A stretch of 64,000 bases of DNA, from NCBI GenBank assembly GCA_030704615.1, contig CM060731.1, positions 13,454,001 through 13,518,000 of the forward strand, in the 5' to 3' direction. The stretch is from Takakia lepidozioides (lineage: Eukaryota; Plantae; Bryophyta). The translations under genes and the position numbers were made by a program. Shown piece by piece: positions 11,881 through 25,659 of the stretch (its first letter is position 1; each line of letters begins with the position of its first letter). The notes beneath the pieces were generated by a model. That model worked only from the letters and a program-made list of their open reading frames with translations, searched no databases and was not told the DNA's origin.

Positions 11881-12599
11881 GATTGAATTTCATTCATAAT
11901 TTTTATCATATGTGGACTTGTGGAATGTGAAAAGACTTTCATTTCATGGCTATTGTACAGAGAAAATACTTTTATGTTACATGCATGCTGACCGAATGGC
12001 CGCCAAAAAAAAAATGAAGGGCTGTCAAAATTACAACCCTTTAAAATGAAGGGCAAAATTTGTATGAAACTTGCAAATGAAAGTCTAAGGTACCCTTCAA
12101 AACTAAAACACTGAGTCTGCTTGACTGTCTACTCTGGACATTCCGTTCGACGTCTTTTCTTGATAGTCCGCTCTATCCATTAGGTCCACCCGGACAGTCT
12201 GCTCGACTATCCACTCTGAAGAGTCCGTAGAGGCTGGGGTGCCCCTCCACCGGGTCCACTCTAGATAGTATGTGGAGGCTGGGGCGCCCCTCCAGTCCAT
12301 TCTCCCGCCGGCAGCACAAAAAAAAAATCCGCGATAGAAAAACGAATTCATGAACAAGCGATCCGTCCTAACTAAGTGGTTTGGGCGACCCACCTTTCAC
12401 ACCTCCCTCCACATAAGTGGGGACCCTGCGGGTCAGGCAACTTCACCCTTCACACCTCTCTCCACATGCTTCGGGCCTCTGTCTTAACCCTTAAATGCCC
12501 AATTGGTAAGTTTGACTTTTCCCAAAATGAGTACCCCTTGGGTGGACAATTGCTGTAATTTTCGAAAATCAAAGAATTTTAAAATTTTGACATGAGTGC

Positions 12600-13780
12600 T
12601 CATGGCTCATAGAAAATACACACCCGTCTGGAGCATCCAATGAGAGGGAGGGTCGGGAAGGTTTTGAGCTTCACTAAGATCTTAGCGACAATTGCATTGT
12701 CTGCAATGCCAATAACCATGTTTGGATGGGTAAATTGGTTTGACTGGCTGGGTCTGATTCCGTTGTTGCAGCAAATAGGGGTGGTTGCTGGAGGAGGAGA
12801 CCTAACTGGGGGTGAGGACCTTTTGAAGGTCGGATGGAATCTGACTGCTTCCGTTTCCAGCCTCATTGGGTCTGTTGGCTCTTTCAATGTTTAGGAGAGT
12901 CTGAGGGATGGGCTGACCTACCGGAGGTCATTGAGTGGAGACGAGGGAGAAGAAAGAGTGGGTTTATGAAACAGATTGGTATGGGGAGAGAGTGGAGGAG
13001 AGGTGAGATGAAGGGTAGTGTCCAAGAGAGGCAGGGTGGGGAGGATGGAATTGTGAAGTGCTGGAGAGCGCTTAGTTTTATCCTCAGTGCAGTCTGCTTT
13101 GATATGTCCCAGTCGTCCACAATTGAAGCAAGCTTGTGACGTCTTCAATGAGTATGATAGAGTAGAAATTGCCTTCTTCATCTATAGGGAATCTGACATA
13201 ATGAGGAAGAACTGCCTCATGATCATTGGGCATCACGATGACTATTTTTGCACATCCCGTTTCATGCACCTTGATGCAATGGTAACAATTTTTGAGGTTG
13301 GATCCTGACGGATGCTTTCAGTGCAGAGATGGGGGTAAAAAACTGCCAGGCATCCCAAGTAGTATCCAAAGTGGTTGGCGATGTCTATGAGATTAACCAA
13401 ATACTACTCATGACTGTATGGAGTTGAAACGATTTTGGGGCCCTAAAGTGGACCGTTTCTATTCCCCATCTTGGAGGACCATGGAAAAATATCGACGTTG
13501 AAGCCCTGTAGACGAGGATTGAATTTGAGAGCATGGGAGGCTGCCTCCTGGGTTTCAAAGACTATGGAGAAAAACCCCCTGCCCTTTGCGTGACAAAAAC
13601 TGCTGCTGAATTCTTCAGGGCCACCAAGATGTCTGATTGCCCAACTTTTTTGCCTAGAAAATGGACTAATATGCCATCTTCTTCCATACTGGAGAACATG
13701 TTGTTCAGACCTGAAATGTCCATAGCAATAGACTATTGTCAACCGTGTCGTTTAAAATATAGCCGATCGGGCGTTTTTCT
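12600..13780 (-). mobile_element. L1-type LINE ORF1 remnant
   Basis: DUF4283/RRM-like GRGFFSIVFETQEAASHAL...FPWS (13443-13742), then a zinc knuckle CFNCGRLGHIKADC (~13085-13130); broken by frameshifts. Confidence 0.7.
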
Positions 13781-14120
13781 TTGAGATCAAGCACTGTTGA
13801 CTTGCCTTCGATTTGATAGCGATCGGACTACGACCAATACGTTCCAATACATTGAACATATGGTTACCAATTCTTTTCCAGAGCAGATTACATCGTATAG
13901 ATCATAGAAATAGCAAAAGATGGAGTAGAACTAGAGGAGATCACACTGTAGCTAAAATACTATCCAATTGATATCTGATTGTTGCAATTCTTCGTGTAAT
14001 ACATTGGAGGAGGAATCTCTGAAATTGAGTTAAGAAAATGGAACAAGTTGTGTAGCTACAATAAAAGAATATTGGAACTTGTGCATATGATATAAGAGAG
14101 TGGAAATCATGGTTCCACTA

Positions 14121-14387
14121 GGCTGTCATGCGGTTCCACCCTATGACTGGCTCCATTTCAATCCTAGATGATATCTCATCGAAGGGACAAGAACGTGTTC
14201 CACAAATCGGCCTATGGTAAAATTCTGGAACAACTGGTTCCATGCTCCTGCCTGGCTGTCATGCGGTTCCACCCTCGGACTACCTGGTTCCATTTCAACC
14301 CTAGATGACATCTCATCGAAGGGATAAGAATGTGTTCCACAAATCGGCCTATGGCAAATTCTGAACCACGGGTTCCATGCTCCTGCC
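14121..14387. repeat. ~132-bp tandem duplication
   Basis: GGCTGTCATGCGGTTCCACCC...GGTTCCATGCTCCTGCC occurs twice, starting at 14121 and 14253. Confidence 0.85.
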
Positions 14388-14708
14388 CATAGTGGGATCG
14401 TGGGTAAATTCTGCTTCAAAATGCCCTAAGAAATACAAAGAAAATCTAGAGCAGGTTTTTACAGTAATATGTAATATGTATGTAATATAACGTAATTTAA
14501 GTACATAATATTATTACATTATATATAAAATATGTATGTATCATGTATGTAATATGTTTATGTACATCCATTGTAATCAATGTAGGTTCTCAGTTTCGAG
14601 CTGCTCAGGTATCCAATCCCCAAGCTTATCTCTGATCAGTATATTGGCGCCCGAACTTGGATCTCATTAATAGCCTGCAGTATGGCCTGGTTCCAGACAA
14701 CCAAAGCA

Positions 14709-14960
14709 CAACCTTTTTTTGCAGGCGAATTTTCTCCAAATTTCGACCTCAAAAAATAAATTAAAATATTTTGTCGTTGCCAAACTTCTCCAAATAAAAA
14801 TGAATTATGGATGAATGTGCCAAATATGGATAAATGGATCAAAGTACGGGGGTGGATGATTCTGTCCTAATTTTAATGGATGAACAGAATGTATGGCTAT
14901 TTTTTGCAAAACTTTGTAGCCACCCGCGCTTTTTCCCAAATTTCAGAGGAAAAAACGCTG
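14709..14960. mobile_element. Short hAT-like MITE upstream of the cullin gene
   Basis: Imperfect TIRs CAACCTTTTTT / AAAAAACGCTG; imperfect 8-bp flanks CCAAAGCA / ACCAAGCA. Confidence 0.45.
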
Positions 14961-15145
14961 ACCAAGCATTGGAGTAGTCTTCACAATCACACGACCAATG
15001 TCCACCCTGAATTTTTGAATGGAGGTATAGTTGTTCCCCGGTTGTTCCTGCTTAACTGTACTGCCGAAGCTCTGTGGGAAGAGGAACGTCCAATCGAGTA
15101 TCATTAGAATATTCTAGTTAGGTTAAACTTCGGGTATAGTACGCG

Positions 15146-15153
15146 TATAAATA
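15146..15153 (+). promoter_or_regulatory. Candidate TATA box of the cullin gene
   Basis: TATAAATA ~380 bp upstream of the ATG, followed by a GA-rich leader with a candidate 5'UTR intron (GTAAGA at 15405 to TTGACAG at 15481). Confidence 0.45.
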
Positions 15154-15529
15154 GCGTAACGCCCACACATCATCCGTGCAGTACAGAGCATATATCATCA
15201 AAATATTCCAACAGTGGTATACGTGCATATAAGACGGAAGCACAGTGAACTGGGAGAGCCCAACAAAGGGGGAACTTTCCAGATTCCAGCCTTTGAACTT
15301 CTGGAACAAAGGAAAGAATAGAAAAGTCTGGAGAGAAAGGAAATATATCCGTGAGAGGAGAGGGGAAAGAGAGGAGAGCTCGAGGTATAGTTTTCAAATT
15401 GACGGTAAGAGGGATCTGAGCTTCTTCGTTGTTAGTAGGGGCAGAAAAAGGAATTGAGGTTTACCGTCCTGAGATTGACAGAGCTTACGGAGAGTGCGCC
15501 TAGTTGGGTGCGGAGGCTCCAGAAAGAGA

Positions 15530-17785
15530 ATGTTCACAAAGACGGACCAACGTTGTAAGATCGAGGAGCTGGAGCGGGGATGGAAATTCATTCACCAGAA
15601 CGGCATCACCAAACTGAGGAGAATTATAGAGGGTGTGGGGGAGAAGTTCAACTCGAAGGAGTACATTGATTTGTATACAACAGTTTACAACATGTGCGCG
15701 AATAGAAACGCTAACAACTCGCAAGAGGTTTATAACAGATACAGGGAGACATTTGAGAAGTACCTCAGCACGGCCGTTTTACCGGCAGTAAGCGGAAAGC
15801 ATGGAACATTCATGCTGAGAGAGTTTCTCCATAGATGGAACAATCACAAAATTATGGTTCGGTGGATGTCACGGTTCTTCAGTTATTTGGATCGGTACTT
15901 CATTCCTAGGAAGTCGCTTCCCAGTCTCGAAGAAGTGGGCTTCGTTTGTTTTCGTGATCTGGTGTACGCGAAAGTTCAGGCGAAAAATGTGGTTGTCTCC
16001 TTGATTGAGCGTGAGCGGGAAGGCGAGCAAATTGAGCGCGCCTTATTGAAGAATGTGGTCGAAATTTTCGTCGACATTGGTCTTGGTAGCATGGAGGTAT
16101 ACAAGACCGATTTCGAATCTTACATGCTCCAAGACACTGCTGCATATTACTCTCGCAAGCGGACATCTTGGATTCAGGAGGATTCTCGTGCAATCTACAT
16201 GCTAAAGGCAGAGGAGTGCTTGAAAGTGGAGACGGAAAGGGTTGGCCATTATCTCCATGCTAGCAGTGAGAAGAAGTTGCTGAAGGAAGTTCAGCATCAG
16301 CTCCTTGTGTCCTGTAAGACCATGCTCTTAGACGAGGAGCAATCAGGCTGCTATGCTCTATTAAGGGATGATAAGGTGGAGGACCTTTCCCGTATGTACA
16401 GATTGTTCAGCATGATTCGTGACGGCTTGGAAGCTGTCGCTAGCATCTTCCGAGTGCATGTTACAGATGCAGGAATGGCATTGGTGAAGCAAGCCGAGGA
16501 TGCAGCCAGCTGCAGCAAAACGGTTCAGGACGAGAAAACCATGACGGTTGGGGTACAGCATGCATTTGTGCGTAACCTGATTGAACTCCACGAAAGGTAT
16601 TCTGGGTACGTTGGCCAATGTTTTGCCAACCATCCACTCTTTCACAGGGCATTGAAAGTAGCCTTCGAGGTGTTTTGCAACAAGAATGTGGCTGGGAGCA
16701 CAAGTGCAGAGCTGTTGGCTACGTTTGTCGACAATTTATTGAGGAAGGGTGGAAGTGAAAAGCTGAATGAGGGGGCAGTTGAATACCACCTTGAAAAGAT
16801 TGTACAACTTCTTTTGTATATCAATGAGAAAGATTTATTTGCTGAAATCTACAGGAAGAAGCTAGCTCGCAGACTTTTGTTTGAGAAGAGCACCAGCGAA
16901 GAGCATGACCGCAGCTTTCTAAGAAAGTTGAAGCAGCAATTAGATGGCCCGTTTACCTCTAAAATGGAGGGCATGATGATAGACCTTACACTGTCGCGGG
17001 AGAATCATACCCTGTTTGAGGCATATGTGGCCCTGAATAATCTTACCTCAAACAATCTGTCTTCCATGATTGATTTGTCAGTAACGGTTCTGACCTCGGG
17101 GTTTTGGCCGACCTACAAGTCTTCCTACCTTGCTTTGCCTGCAGAGATGGTTAAATGTGTTACGGAGTTCACTGAATTCTACCAGACGAGCACAAATCAT
17201 CGCAAGCTGAATTGGATATATTCCTTGGGTTCATGTATTGTAAGCGGAAAGTTTGATGCGAAGCCAATTGAGCTCGTTGTAACCACCTATCAGGCTGCAG
17301 TGCTTTTGCTATTCAATGGAGCAGACAGTTTGAGCTACTCTGAGATTAAGACGCAAGTGAACCTGGCAGACGAGGATACTCTCAGATTGCTGCATTCTTT
17401 GTCATGTGCCAAGTACAACATTCTGAAGAAAACCCCTAGCTCCAAAACAGTGGGTGAAACAGACTTCTTTGACTTTAACAACAAATTCACCTTCAAGACG
17501 ATGCGCCTCAAGATTCCCTTGCCACAGCTGGATGAGAAGAAGATTCAAGTTATAGAGGAAGTGAAAAAGGATAGGCGCTATGCCATTGATGCAGCAATTG
17601 TGCGTATCATGAAGAGTCGCAAAGTGTTGTCACATCCACAACTCGTCCTGGAGTGTGTGCAGCAGCTTGCGCGCATGTTCAAGCCTGACGTCAAGATGAT
17701 CAAGAAGCGTGTGGAAGACTTGCTCTCGCGAGAATACTTGGAGCGAGACAAGATAGAAATGAACTTGCTTAAGTATGTAGCTTAA
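15530..17785 (+). CDS. CUL1: Cullin-1 (SCF E3 ligase scaffold), single-exon coding sequence, 751 aa
   Basis: Plant CUL1 motifs: [72 protein letters not shown], neddylation motif [20 protein letters not shown]. First ATG at 15530; no introns in the CDS. Confidence 0.95.
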   Translation: MFTKTDQRCKIEELERGWKFIHQNGITKLRRIIEGVGEKFNSKEYIDLYTTVYNMCANRNANNSQEVYNRYRETFEKYLSTAVLPAVSGKHGTFMLREFLHRWNNHKIMVRWMSRFFSYLDRYFIPRKSLPSLEEVGFVCFRDLVYAKVQAKNVVVSLIEREREGEQIERALLKNVVEIFVDIGLGSMEVYKTDFESYMLQDTAAYYSRKRTSWIQEDSRAIYMLKAEECLKVETERVGHYLHASSEKKLLKEVQHQLLVSCKTMLLDEEQSGCYALLRDDKVEDLSRMYRLFSMIRDGLEAVASIFRVHVTDAGMALVKQAEDAASCSKTVQDEKTMTVGVQHAFVRNLIELHERYSGYVGQCFANHPLFHRALKVAFEVFCNKNVAGSTSAELLATFVDNLLRKGGSEKLNEGAVEYHLEKIVQLLLYINEKDLFAEIYRKKLARRLLFEKSTSEEHDRSFLRKLKQQLDGPFTSKMEGMMIDLTLSRENHTLFEAYVALNNLTSNNLSSMIDLSVTVLTSGFWPTYKSSYLALPAEMVKCVTEFTEFYQTSTNHRKLNWIYSLGSCIVSGKFDAKPIELVVTTYQAAVLLLFNGADSLSYSEIKTQVNLADEDTLRLLHSLSCAKYNILKKTPSSKTVGETDFFDFNNKFTFKTMRLKIPLPQLDEKKIQVIEEVKKDRRYAIDAAIVRIMKSRKVLSHPQLVLECVQQLARMFKPDVKMIKKRVEDLLSREYLERDKIEMNLLKYVA

Positions 17786-19449
17786 GTGTGGATTTGCAAT
17801 TTTTGTGTCCAGAGTATTGCAGCATCCTCAGACTGTCCGATGCAGTCTTCTGAAGCTTGTCATTACAGTTTCTACCAGCAGAGACTTTGCGGATTTTACA
17901 TCACAAGAATGTGACCAAAGTTCTAACTATGTCTATGTTCCTGTCTCTTCCACTGTGTCTTGAAAAGCCCCAAGCCAAAAGGCTACAGCAAATAACGTCT
18001 CATGAGTACATAATTCTTTAAAGGCCCTGTGCACCATATTTCTTTCCCCTGAGGGAGAAGGAGAAGACCTCAGATTAACTTTCAAATAGAACGTAGATGT
18101 GTCCAGAGCAGTCTGGAGACTTATGGCACCTACTCTGAAAAAGAAGGTAAAATATGAGAGACACACGCTGATGGTAGGTAACGTCCAGAAGAGTGGTCAG
18201 TCTCTGTTTTCTTATTTAACAATGTATGCAGACCTCAAGCGTGCACTCTTTGAACCCCATACACAAATCACGGGTCATGTCATAGTAACTGATTCTTGTT
18301 CCTTGTGGTGGCAGACAATGAAGTCTACATCACGTTGATCTGCAAAGTTAGATTGGCTTCTGCACCGCAAGGGAGTCGAGTTTTGGGGCTACTGTGCAAC
18401 TATGAGCTACTGTGCGTCCATTCAGTTGCCTCAATTGTGCCTGGTATTCACTTGAGCACGACCATTTTTAGCAAACGACAGGTGGGGCCCTTTCAAGAGG
18501 TGTGATCGATTTTCTAGCATATGAAATGAAATGATACTTATTACGTCCGTGCAAAGCTTAAAGAATGTACTCGCGACCGTTGTCTTGCCATAGCCTTACG
18601 GCCATTGACCCCGCGGGAATTTGTGGGGTCCTTTTGTGGGGTCCGCACCCACCAGGGTTTAGGAAAGCTCGAGGAAACTTCATTCAAAGATAAAAGAACC
18701 AAAGCAACTGAGAAGAGAGAGTATATTGTGATCAGAGGCTAGAACTACTGAAATACTGGATGAAGCGCGTTGAAGCTGGCTAGGTTTGCTCCAGAGAACC
18801 TCAAAGATGTGGGAATATGGGTCCATTGAAAGGGGCATGAACAATCCCCATTGCTGATGTCCTGTATCTAAACTAAACAGGCTGTGCGCAGGTGACCTAA
18901 AGACTACATTGCAATCTTATTTCAAGTTGACTATACTAGCCCTGCGTCAACAAAGGAGCTTGGGCGAAGATGGAGAAGGGGTCAAGGGGTGGGCATTGGC
19001 AGCGGCACGAGGAAAGTCTTGCAGCGGCATGGGCCCCACCTCAGCTGCCTTGTTGCCCAAGCCGTTGGGCTTTGTTTGAAGTCCTGGACGCGCGTGTCTT
19101 CCCCATATTGGGGTCCACTTTTTGTCTCTGGCCCCCACCTCAGGGTGCCTTGCAGCCCAAGCTTCGAGTGAGTCCTTGACAGGATCTATAGCCTATATCT
19201 AATGACAAAGATTTGCAGGCACAACCGCAACTCGATAGAAGTACTCTGACAGTCGACGATTTCTTCGTGAGACGCGCACATTCGAGACTTCATTCTTACT
19301 CGACACATTTCCTATTGTGACTTGTTGGCTCTCATCCCCTTGCGCCACACCCTCTACAGTCATATTTGGGCCTCCGGGCGATACACAAAACTTACAGGTA
19401 TCAGCTTAGATTTATTCTTAGAGTTTTGTCAGTCCATGGGGCAAGCGCC

Positions 19450-19740
19450 ATGGACAACACTCTCGCAGACTCCAACAGGCACAAATATGCTGCTCACGAT
19501 CCGGTGAAGAGAAATCCTTTCAAGAGCAAGGTTCGAGCCTCTTTGAGATGGATGAAGCGTAGTCTTGGGGGTCCTGCTCGCACTTCCCCTGCTTCCGACG
19601 AAGTCTGCTTGGACTCCACTGTTGTGTCTAGCGGTAAAAGGGACGCCAAGAAGGATTCGCAACACAATGCCAGAAAACCACATTCGGTGCCATTGGTGGT
19701 CAACTACTTTCCTGTTGGAAGAGGCCTGTCACGTCTGTGA
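19450..19740 (+). CDS. Small basic 96-aa protein ending PLVVNYFPVGRGLSRL (putative PTS1)
   Basis: ATG in a good context (GCGCCATGG). The C-terminus resembles the 'P.vv.yFP....SRL' ending I recall from small uncharacterised plant proteins (unverified). SRL is a canonical plant peroxisomal targeting signal. Confidence 0.6.
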   Translation: MDNTLADSNRHKYAAHDPVKRNPFKSKVRASLRWMKRSLGGPARTSPASDEVCLDSTVVSSGKRDAKKDSQHNARKPHSVPLVVNYFPVGRGLSRL

Positions 19741-21603
19741 ACGCAATGTTGTATATAATGACACTGGCTATCTTAAGGCAGACCTGCTGCAATGCTAGTC
19801 ACAATGGAGAATCGATGGCGTTTTTTGTACAATGGGGAGACGCCACCCAGGGTATTGCTTGCCATAGGCATTTGTCTCTACAATGATAGCTCCCTTTCGA
19901 GCTAGCCGCATTGGTCTGTTACCGCCATCTGGTCTTCTTGAACACGACTTATTGCTTTCCAGCTGAGATTGAACGGCACCCAGCTATATAGTCGTTGGAA
20001 TTGTGATTGTGAAGTCCAGCTCACGTCCAGTCGGATCTACTGCCTTCATAGTTGTCCAACAGTGGAGGCAAATCTGGGGCATGCGAAAATCCAACAAGCT
20101 GTTTAACATGACGCTGGCCGGAATAGAATTTGAGGAATCCCAGAAGTGAAAGCTACATGTATGTATATGAATTCTCATGTGTGAGGGCATTAAAGAGATA
20201 ATTGTGTTGGGAGCTGGCTGGCAGTGTGGCACTCACTGGCAGTCTCTTCCAATTCCTTGGTTTTCCATAGTACTTCAAAAGCTATGCAAGGAGGTTGTTC
20301 AAAAGCCTTGAGCAGGAAAGTTCTGATTCAAGGCTACTAGCTTTTTCCTCCAGATGACTAGAATAGAAATTGAGAGCCAGATATCGTTCCACCCTACTGA
20401 GTGTGAGGGATACTGGAGCGATTCATATCTGAGCTGATCTCTACATTTGGGTCTTGATTTCATTTCCAATGGAATTGACACTACTAGACTGTTCTTTCTT
20501 TTTCTAAACAGAGAATAAACTGTTCTCAACAGGGCTGTGGCCTGGTGGTAAGCCACTCGTGTACCGGCCTGTGGGTTTGGGGTTCCAATCCTTGTCATCT
20601 GTCTTGGGGCTTGGGCTCTGCCCCTGTAATGCCTCCATGGCTCACCGGTGTTTCCAACACCAGAAAAAAAAAATGAATAACTAAAACCCATCTATCAGCT
20701 CGAACACTTGAATAGACACCATAATTACTATGAACTACATATATATATTTTACCAGTTATGGCTTATATCACACAATTTGCATCTAATTACATTAGTATC
20801 ATCAAATGATCATCTACATATAAGATATATATATTCATCCATTTTATTGTTTTTATATGTTATTTATTTATTCAAATTTGAATGAACAGTCATGGATGTC
20901 ATACAACCAACAGTCAAGTGTCATCACGCTTCGGTTTGAAGGTGACCTTTGATGCTCTTTGATATTATTTGGGTCCCAAAATGTTTAGAAAATGGGCATA
21001 TGAAGATACCCAATGTGCCCTTCAACTATCCACCAAAACAATCTTTGCATTCCTTCGCAACCATCTTCCTACAACAAAATACTAATTTCATGTGAATAGT
21101 TTGGAAGTGTCTCTCTAATTCCTTCATGCACTTGGTCGAGGAATTGAACAAATTTAAGCCTTGGTTTTGGACAAACTGAAGAGAGGGAAACAAACTAAAA
21201 GGTATGAGGGTTTGCGAATGTCTTAATGTAAAAGATTTGTACAAGTACAGTTGTGTTCTAAATTAAATAATAATATTTTATTAATATATTGAAAATGTCT
21301 CTCATGTATTTTCAAACCATGTATATGTAAAAACTATTTTTGAAAGAGAGTATATGAGGGATAAGACAAAGTTTTACATTATTTGATCTCAAATGCTATA
21401 ATGACATATTTCAAGTTGATGTATGAGACATACTATATGAGGGCTGATTTTCTCCAATGCCATCACTAATGCTGAGCTGTTTTACTTTCTCTTGCAATTA
21501 CTACGTCCTTTTATATCAATTGTTCTTTTGATGTTCAACTAAATTGCCTTCAAATTTTTGTGTGTGTGGTCTAGTCATGTAAGTGGGACATAAGATTGGT
21601 AAT

Positions 21604-23186
21604 ATGGCTAGGGAGTGGACATTGCAAGAGACTAGAGCTTTAGTGGAAGAACACATTGCTCTTAAGCAACAAGAGAGACAACTAAAAGGCCCCGACGTCC
21701 GCACAGCCAGTGATCATTGGAACAAAATTGCAAAGAGGTTAAGGGATAGAGGCTTTCACCGAAGCCACAAGAGCTGTAACAAACGGTGGTACAGGCTTGA
21801 ACAATATGAAGTCCAAATCTTCTCGTTTAACATGGAAGGAGGTCATCGGACGTATTGGGACTTGACAAAAACTGAATGCCTTGAACATCGAGAAAAATAT
21901 TGGCCACAACTTCCTTTGGGAGAAGGGATCGATAAAGAAATATTTGATTCTATCAAGAGATTTTCAAGACAATATATTGATAAGGAGTTACAACCAACCC
22001 TAAAAAAAACTAGCAATATGACACATTTAGAGGCCACCATATCTCATCAACAAGTTGGAGAGAACGAGCCTTTGGAAGAAAACATAATACATTGGAAACC
22101 TTTGATTAATATTGAACCAGTTGCCAGCTTGGCTCAAGACCCCCTTGATGGTTTTAAACTCCAAGCACGAGAGCTTCGTCGTAGACGAGCAGATGAGCTT
22201 CGGCGGGGCCACCGTAGTGTGCCTTACGATACAATGCACACAACTTTTATAAAACCAAATCCAACTGCTCATGTCAATGCAAAACAACTAGATGCACCTC
22301 ATGAAGACAAAAACATAAACATGACCACTGCAGACTTTTCCAACCTAGTTTTAGATGTGAATGGCGCGACCAAACGTCTGTTAGAGACCGGTTCTAATGT
22401 TGTTGATCCTATTTCAGTTCAAAAGCCAATGTCATGTAATTTTGATAGCCCATTATCTCAAAAATTTGATTTGAATCAAGTACCCCAACCAATTAGAGGT
22501 CACTTAATTGGCCAACTTCTCCCTATCGGTAGTCATTTGCAAACATCTCAAATCCATCTTTCAGACAATCATGTGTCTTTCATTCAACCCATAGAGAATC
22601 CGCAACCTACAGAGAACCATTTATCTCAACCTAGTACAAGTGGTACTCACTTACCTCCATTACAATCTATAAATAGTCATTTGCCCTTGCTTCAACCCAA
22701 CAATCATTTGCCTCAATTTCAATCTACAGTAGCACTAGATCACCACCAACATTCACCCCACTTGACACCAAAGATTTACCCATGGAGTTGCTCCAACTAA
22801 ATAGCCTTGAAGAACAACTTCAAATTATTCTTGGTGTTCACCATGCACCCCTAGTTCAAAATCAACTTACTAAACAACATTTGACTCGTCAGCCTCAGTC
22901 GATGGAAGGTTATCAACTACATCAAGCACCTCACATAATAGACAACCAACATCGGTCACCCGATCCAGAGATGAAGTCTCAAGAACCTAGCAAAGGGTCG
23001 GATTTGGCAACGTTGGGTTCTGCTATTGTTAGTCTTGAAATGCAGCTGAGAACCCTTGTCAATTTATTTCAGGCCACACATATTGACAACCAAAAACATA
23101 AGGATAAGATGCTCACATTTGTTGAATATATAGCAATATCACTCCACGCAATTGCTCAAAGCAATATCCGGACTAATCATATTTGA
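21604..23186 (+). pseudogene. Myb/SANT trihelix-like DNA-binding protein, intronless, one frameshift near 22757
   Basis: N-terminal WTLQETRALV...W..I...L..RGF.RS...C..RW..L...YW is a trihelix/Myb-SANT domain. ORF 22782-23186 supplies a helical C-terminus (LEMQLR...YIAISLHAIAQ) like SH4/ASR3-clade trihelix factors. The frames join by +1 nt at the C-run ~22756-22759. Confidence 0.7.
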
Positions 23187-25659
23187 AGAAGTCCAACAAT
23201 TTCCTATAAAGTTAAAGCACATTACATTTTATTATTGTAACTTTGCTCTCATCAACCAAAATTACGTAATTTTAATGCATATTTATTTTATTTTATTTGT
23301 TTCTTGTATAATCTCATACTTTGGGACCTGGGTGTAAGTTTTTTAGAACAGATTTACCAACATTTGTATAAAAGAAGGCCAAAGTTTCTTTGGTTTAATT
23401 TATTGGTGAGTATTAGATATCATGTCCACCTTACAAGTTTTATGAGTTTGTAAGAAATGGCTTGTTAGGCTTTTTGTACTTCATCATCTACATACTATAA
23501 TGCAAAACATAACCAAACTTATTTCATACGAAATCTCAACCAAATTGCACAACAAAAATGCTCATATTAATTGTAAGAAGATATTTGGTTTTAAAAAACT
23601 GATAGTAATATATGAATATAATACTTATATTTAATTTCTCAAGTTTAGAGTCTAGACCAAGATCAATTGTACCATGAGATGTTTGCTCTATTCCTTTTCA
23701 TAAGTATGTTTTGAATAACATTTTTAAACCCATTCAACATAAACATTTGAGTCTGATAATTACCATATATACTAATTTTTAAAAAAAAATACCGTTGCTT
23801 ATATCTTAATTATGATAAGACCACGTCGGGTGTCCGAAAAAACTCAGTTTGTGCTACATCTTATACAACAATAATATATTATAAATTGTAGCTTTAGATT
23901 AAAACTCATTCATTTTTAATGATATTTGCACAAGAAAGAACCATTTGGTGTGTGATGTCATCAATCTACCAAGGAAAGATCCATATCTCAATATTTATGG
24001 TTATATGTGTGTGACTATATATATGTAAAGAATTTAGGGGTTTGGAAGCCTAGCCTTAAATCATATAATTACGGAGATCAAGAAAAAATAACCTACACTA
24101 ACAAAACTAGTTATGGGATCATCTAAGAACTAAATAAAATTATAACTGACCAATACATGATTTGGGCATAACAACAAGGTGGGATACGAAATTACATCGT
24201 ATCTAATAAAAAATAATTTGAACTAGGAAATAAGAACATTAATAAGGTCTAACATTTTCCTTGGAGAGATTAAAATTCACATGCTAGATCTTCGTATTGA
24301 TGTTCTTTTTGTGCCTCCAATTTATAGTATTGTCTTCCATCTCCAATGGTAAAACAAATGTAAGATGAATCTCCAACATTGATTGTGTCTTATATCAAGC
24401 TGAACTCACATCTTCGATTCTGATGTAGATAATGCATAACTTCTCCTAGGAGCTAAGGTCAAAATTCTAGAGTCGCCAATTTTCAATTTTTCTCTAACGT
24501 TTGGTCCAAGGCAAAATTTGAATTTTATGTGATTTAGAGAGTGGTAAACTACAATAGAGTTTTGATCCATATCTCTTTAATCTATAATTTTTTTTTTCGT
24601 GAAACGGCCCCGCCTGCTTTTGTTCAAAGCCACTAAGAGATTCAAAAAAGAAGTGTGAGTGTTGTATGTCGGAACTACACTTCCTTGGGTGCCATGTAAC
24701 GTCCAAAGATGTTCTCATGCATGATCCTAAGAGTTAAAGGCGGTCTAGGAATTTCGTGTTTGTCATGGTGTGCATTGTATCAAACCTTCTTGGGTTTGGC
24801 CTCATATTAAAAACGCGGACTTTGTCAAATCGGCACATCCTCTAACCAAGTTACTTTTAAAGACAACAAAGTTTGAATAGACACAAACGCAACAAATTGC
24901 ATTTGACTAGTTCTCTTACTATTGCTTTCATTTTTATGTTTTCGTATTTAATGTTCTCAATAATTCTCCCATACATATCCATTTGACTGGCTTTGAACGC
25001 AGCCATGTCTTTCTCATGCTTCTCCCCGAGGCGTTGCTCAAGAGAAGCCATGGAATCCTTCATTGTTGAGATAGATCCGAGATGGAATTGTAGTCATAAT
25101 CCAACTCGACATAAGATGATTGCTGCGATGAAAATATCATATGTTTCTTCCCCAATGGTTTAATTCTGATTTTGTTAGGTGGAATCTCAGAGAGCTTCCG
25201 TCTCACATCTCACAGTGCCATGTGCCCTATATCAAAGCATCAAACTCATATCAACTTCAAATACTTCTTGATCTCTACTTAATCAACACAACAATGTTGA
25301 GACTAATTATGCAAGCTCCGAAACACAAAGAATGCAGTTGCGATTCAGATGTTGAAGATTATACTACATTGCAGTACATGGAATGAAAACTACACCTAAC
25401 ACTGTGAATTTACTCCCGCTTACAGTGAAATCACCAATTGAATTCACCATAAACACGAAACTATTGATGATAAACACACAAAAGAACACCATGACCTAGT
25501 CAAATTAACGCTTCAACGACACTACACTGCCAGCTTTTGTCCTCACCACCGAACAACCAATGAAAAGAGAAACCTAAAGTACACGCAAAACTCGTCTAAT
25601 CATCCTCATCTCACACTATAATACACTCTCGCTCCGCAGCTTCACCACATATTCTACCC

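Noticed and set aside
15494-15529. GTG start for CUL1 given by the ORF track
   Set aside because: Eukaryotic gene; the first ATG at 15530 fits CUL1 N-terminal length.
2673-17785. RING-H2 ORF plus CUL1 as a ubiquitin-ligase gene cluster
   Set aside because: The RING is ATL-like rather than RBX1, is degenerate, and lies 12 kb away among TEs; proximity is probably chance.
24857-25063. 68-aa coiled-coil ORF
   Set aside because: No recognisable family or gene structure; probably TE-derived.
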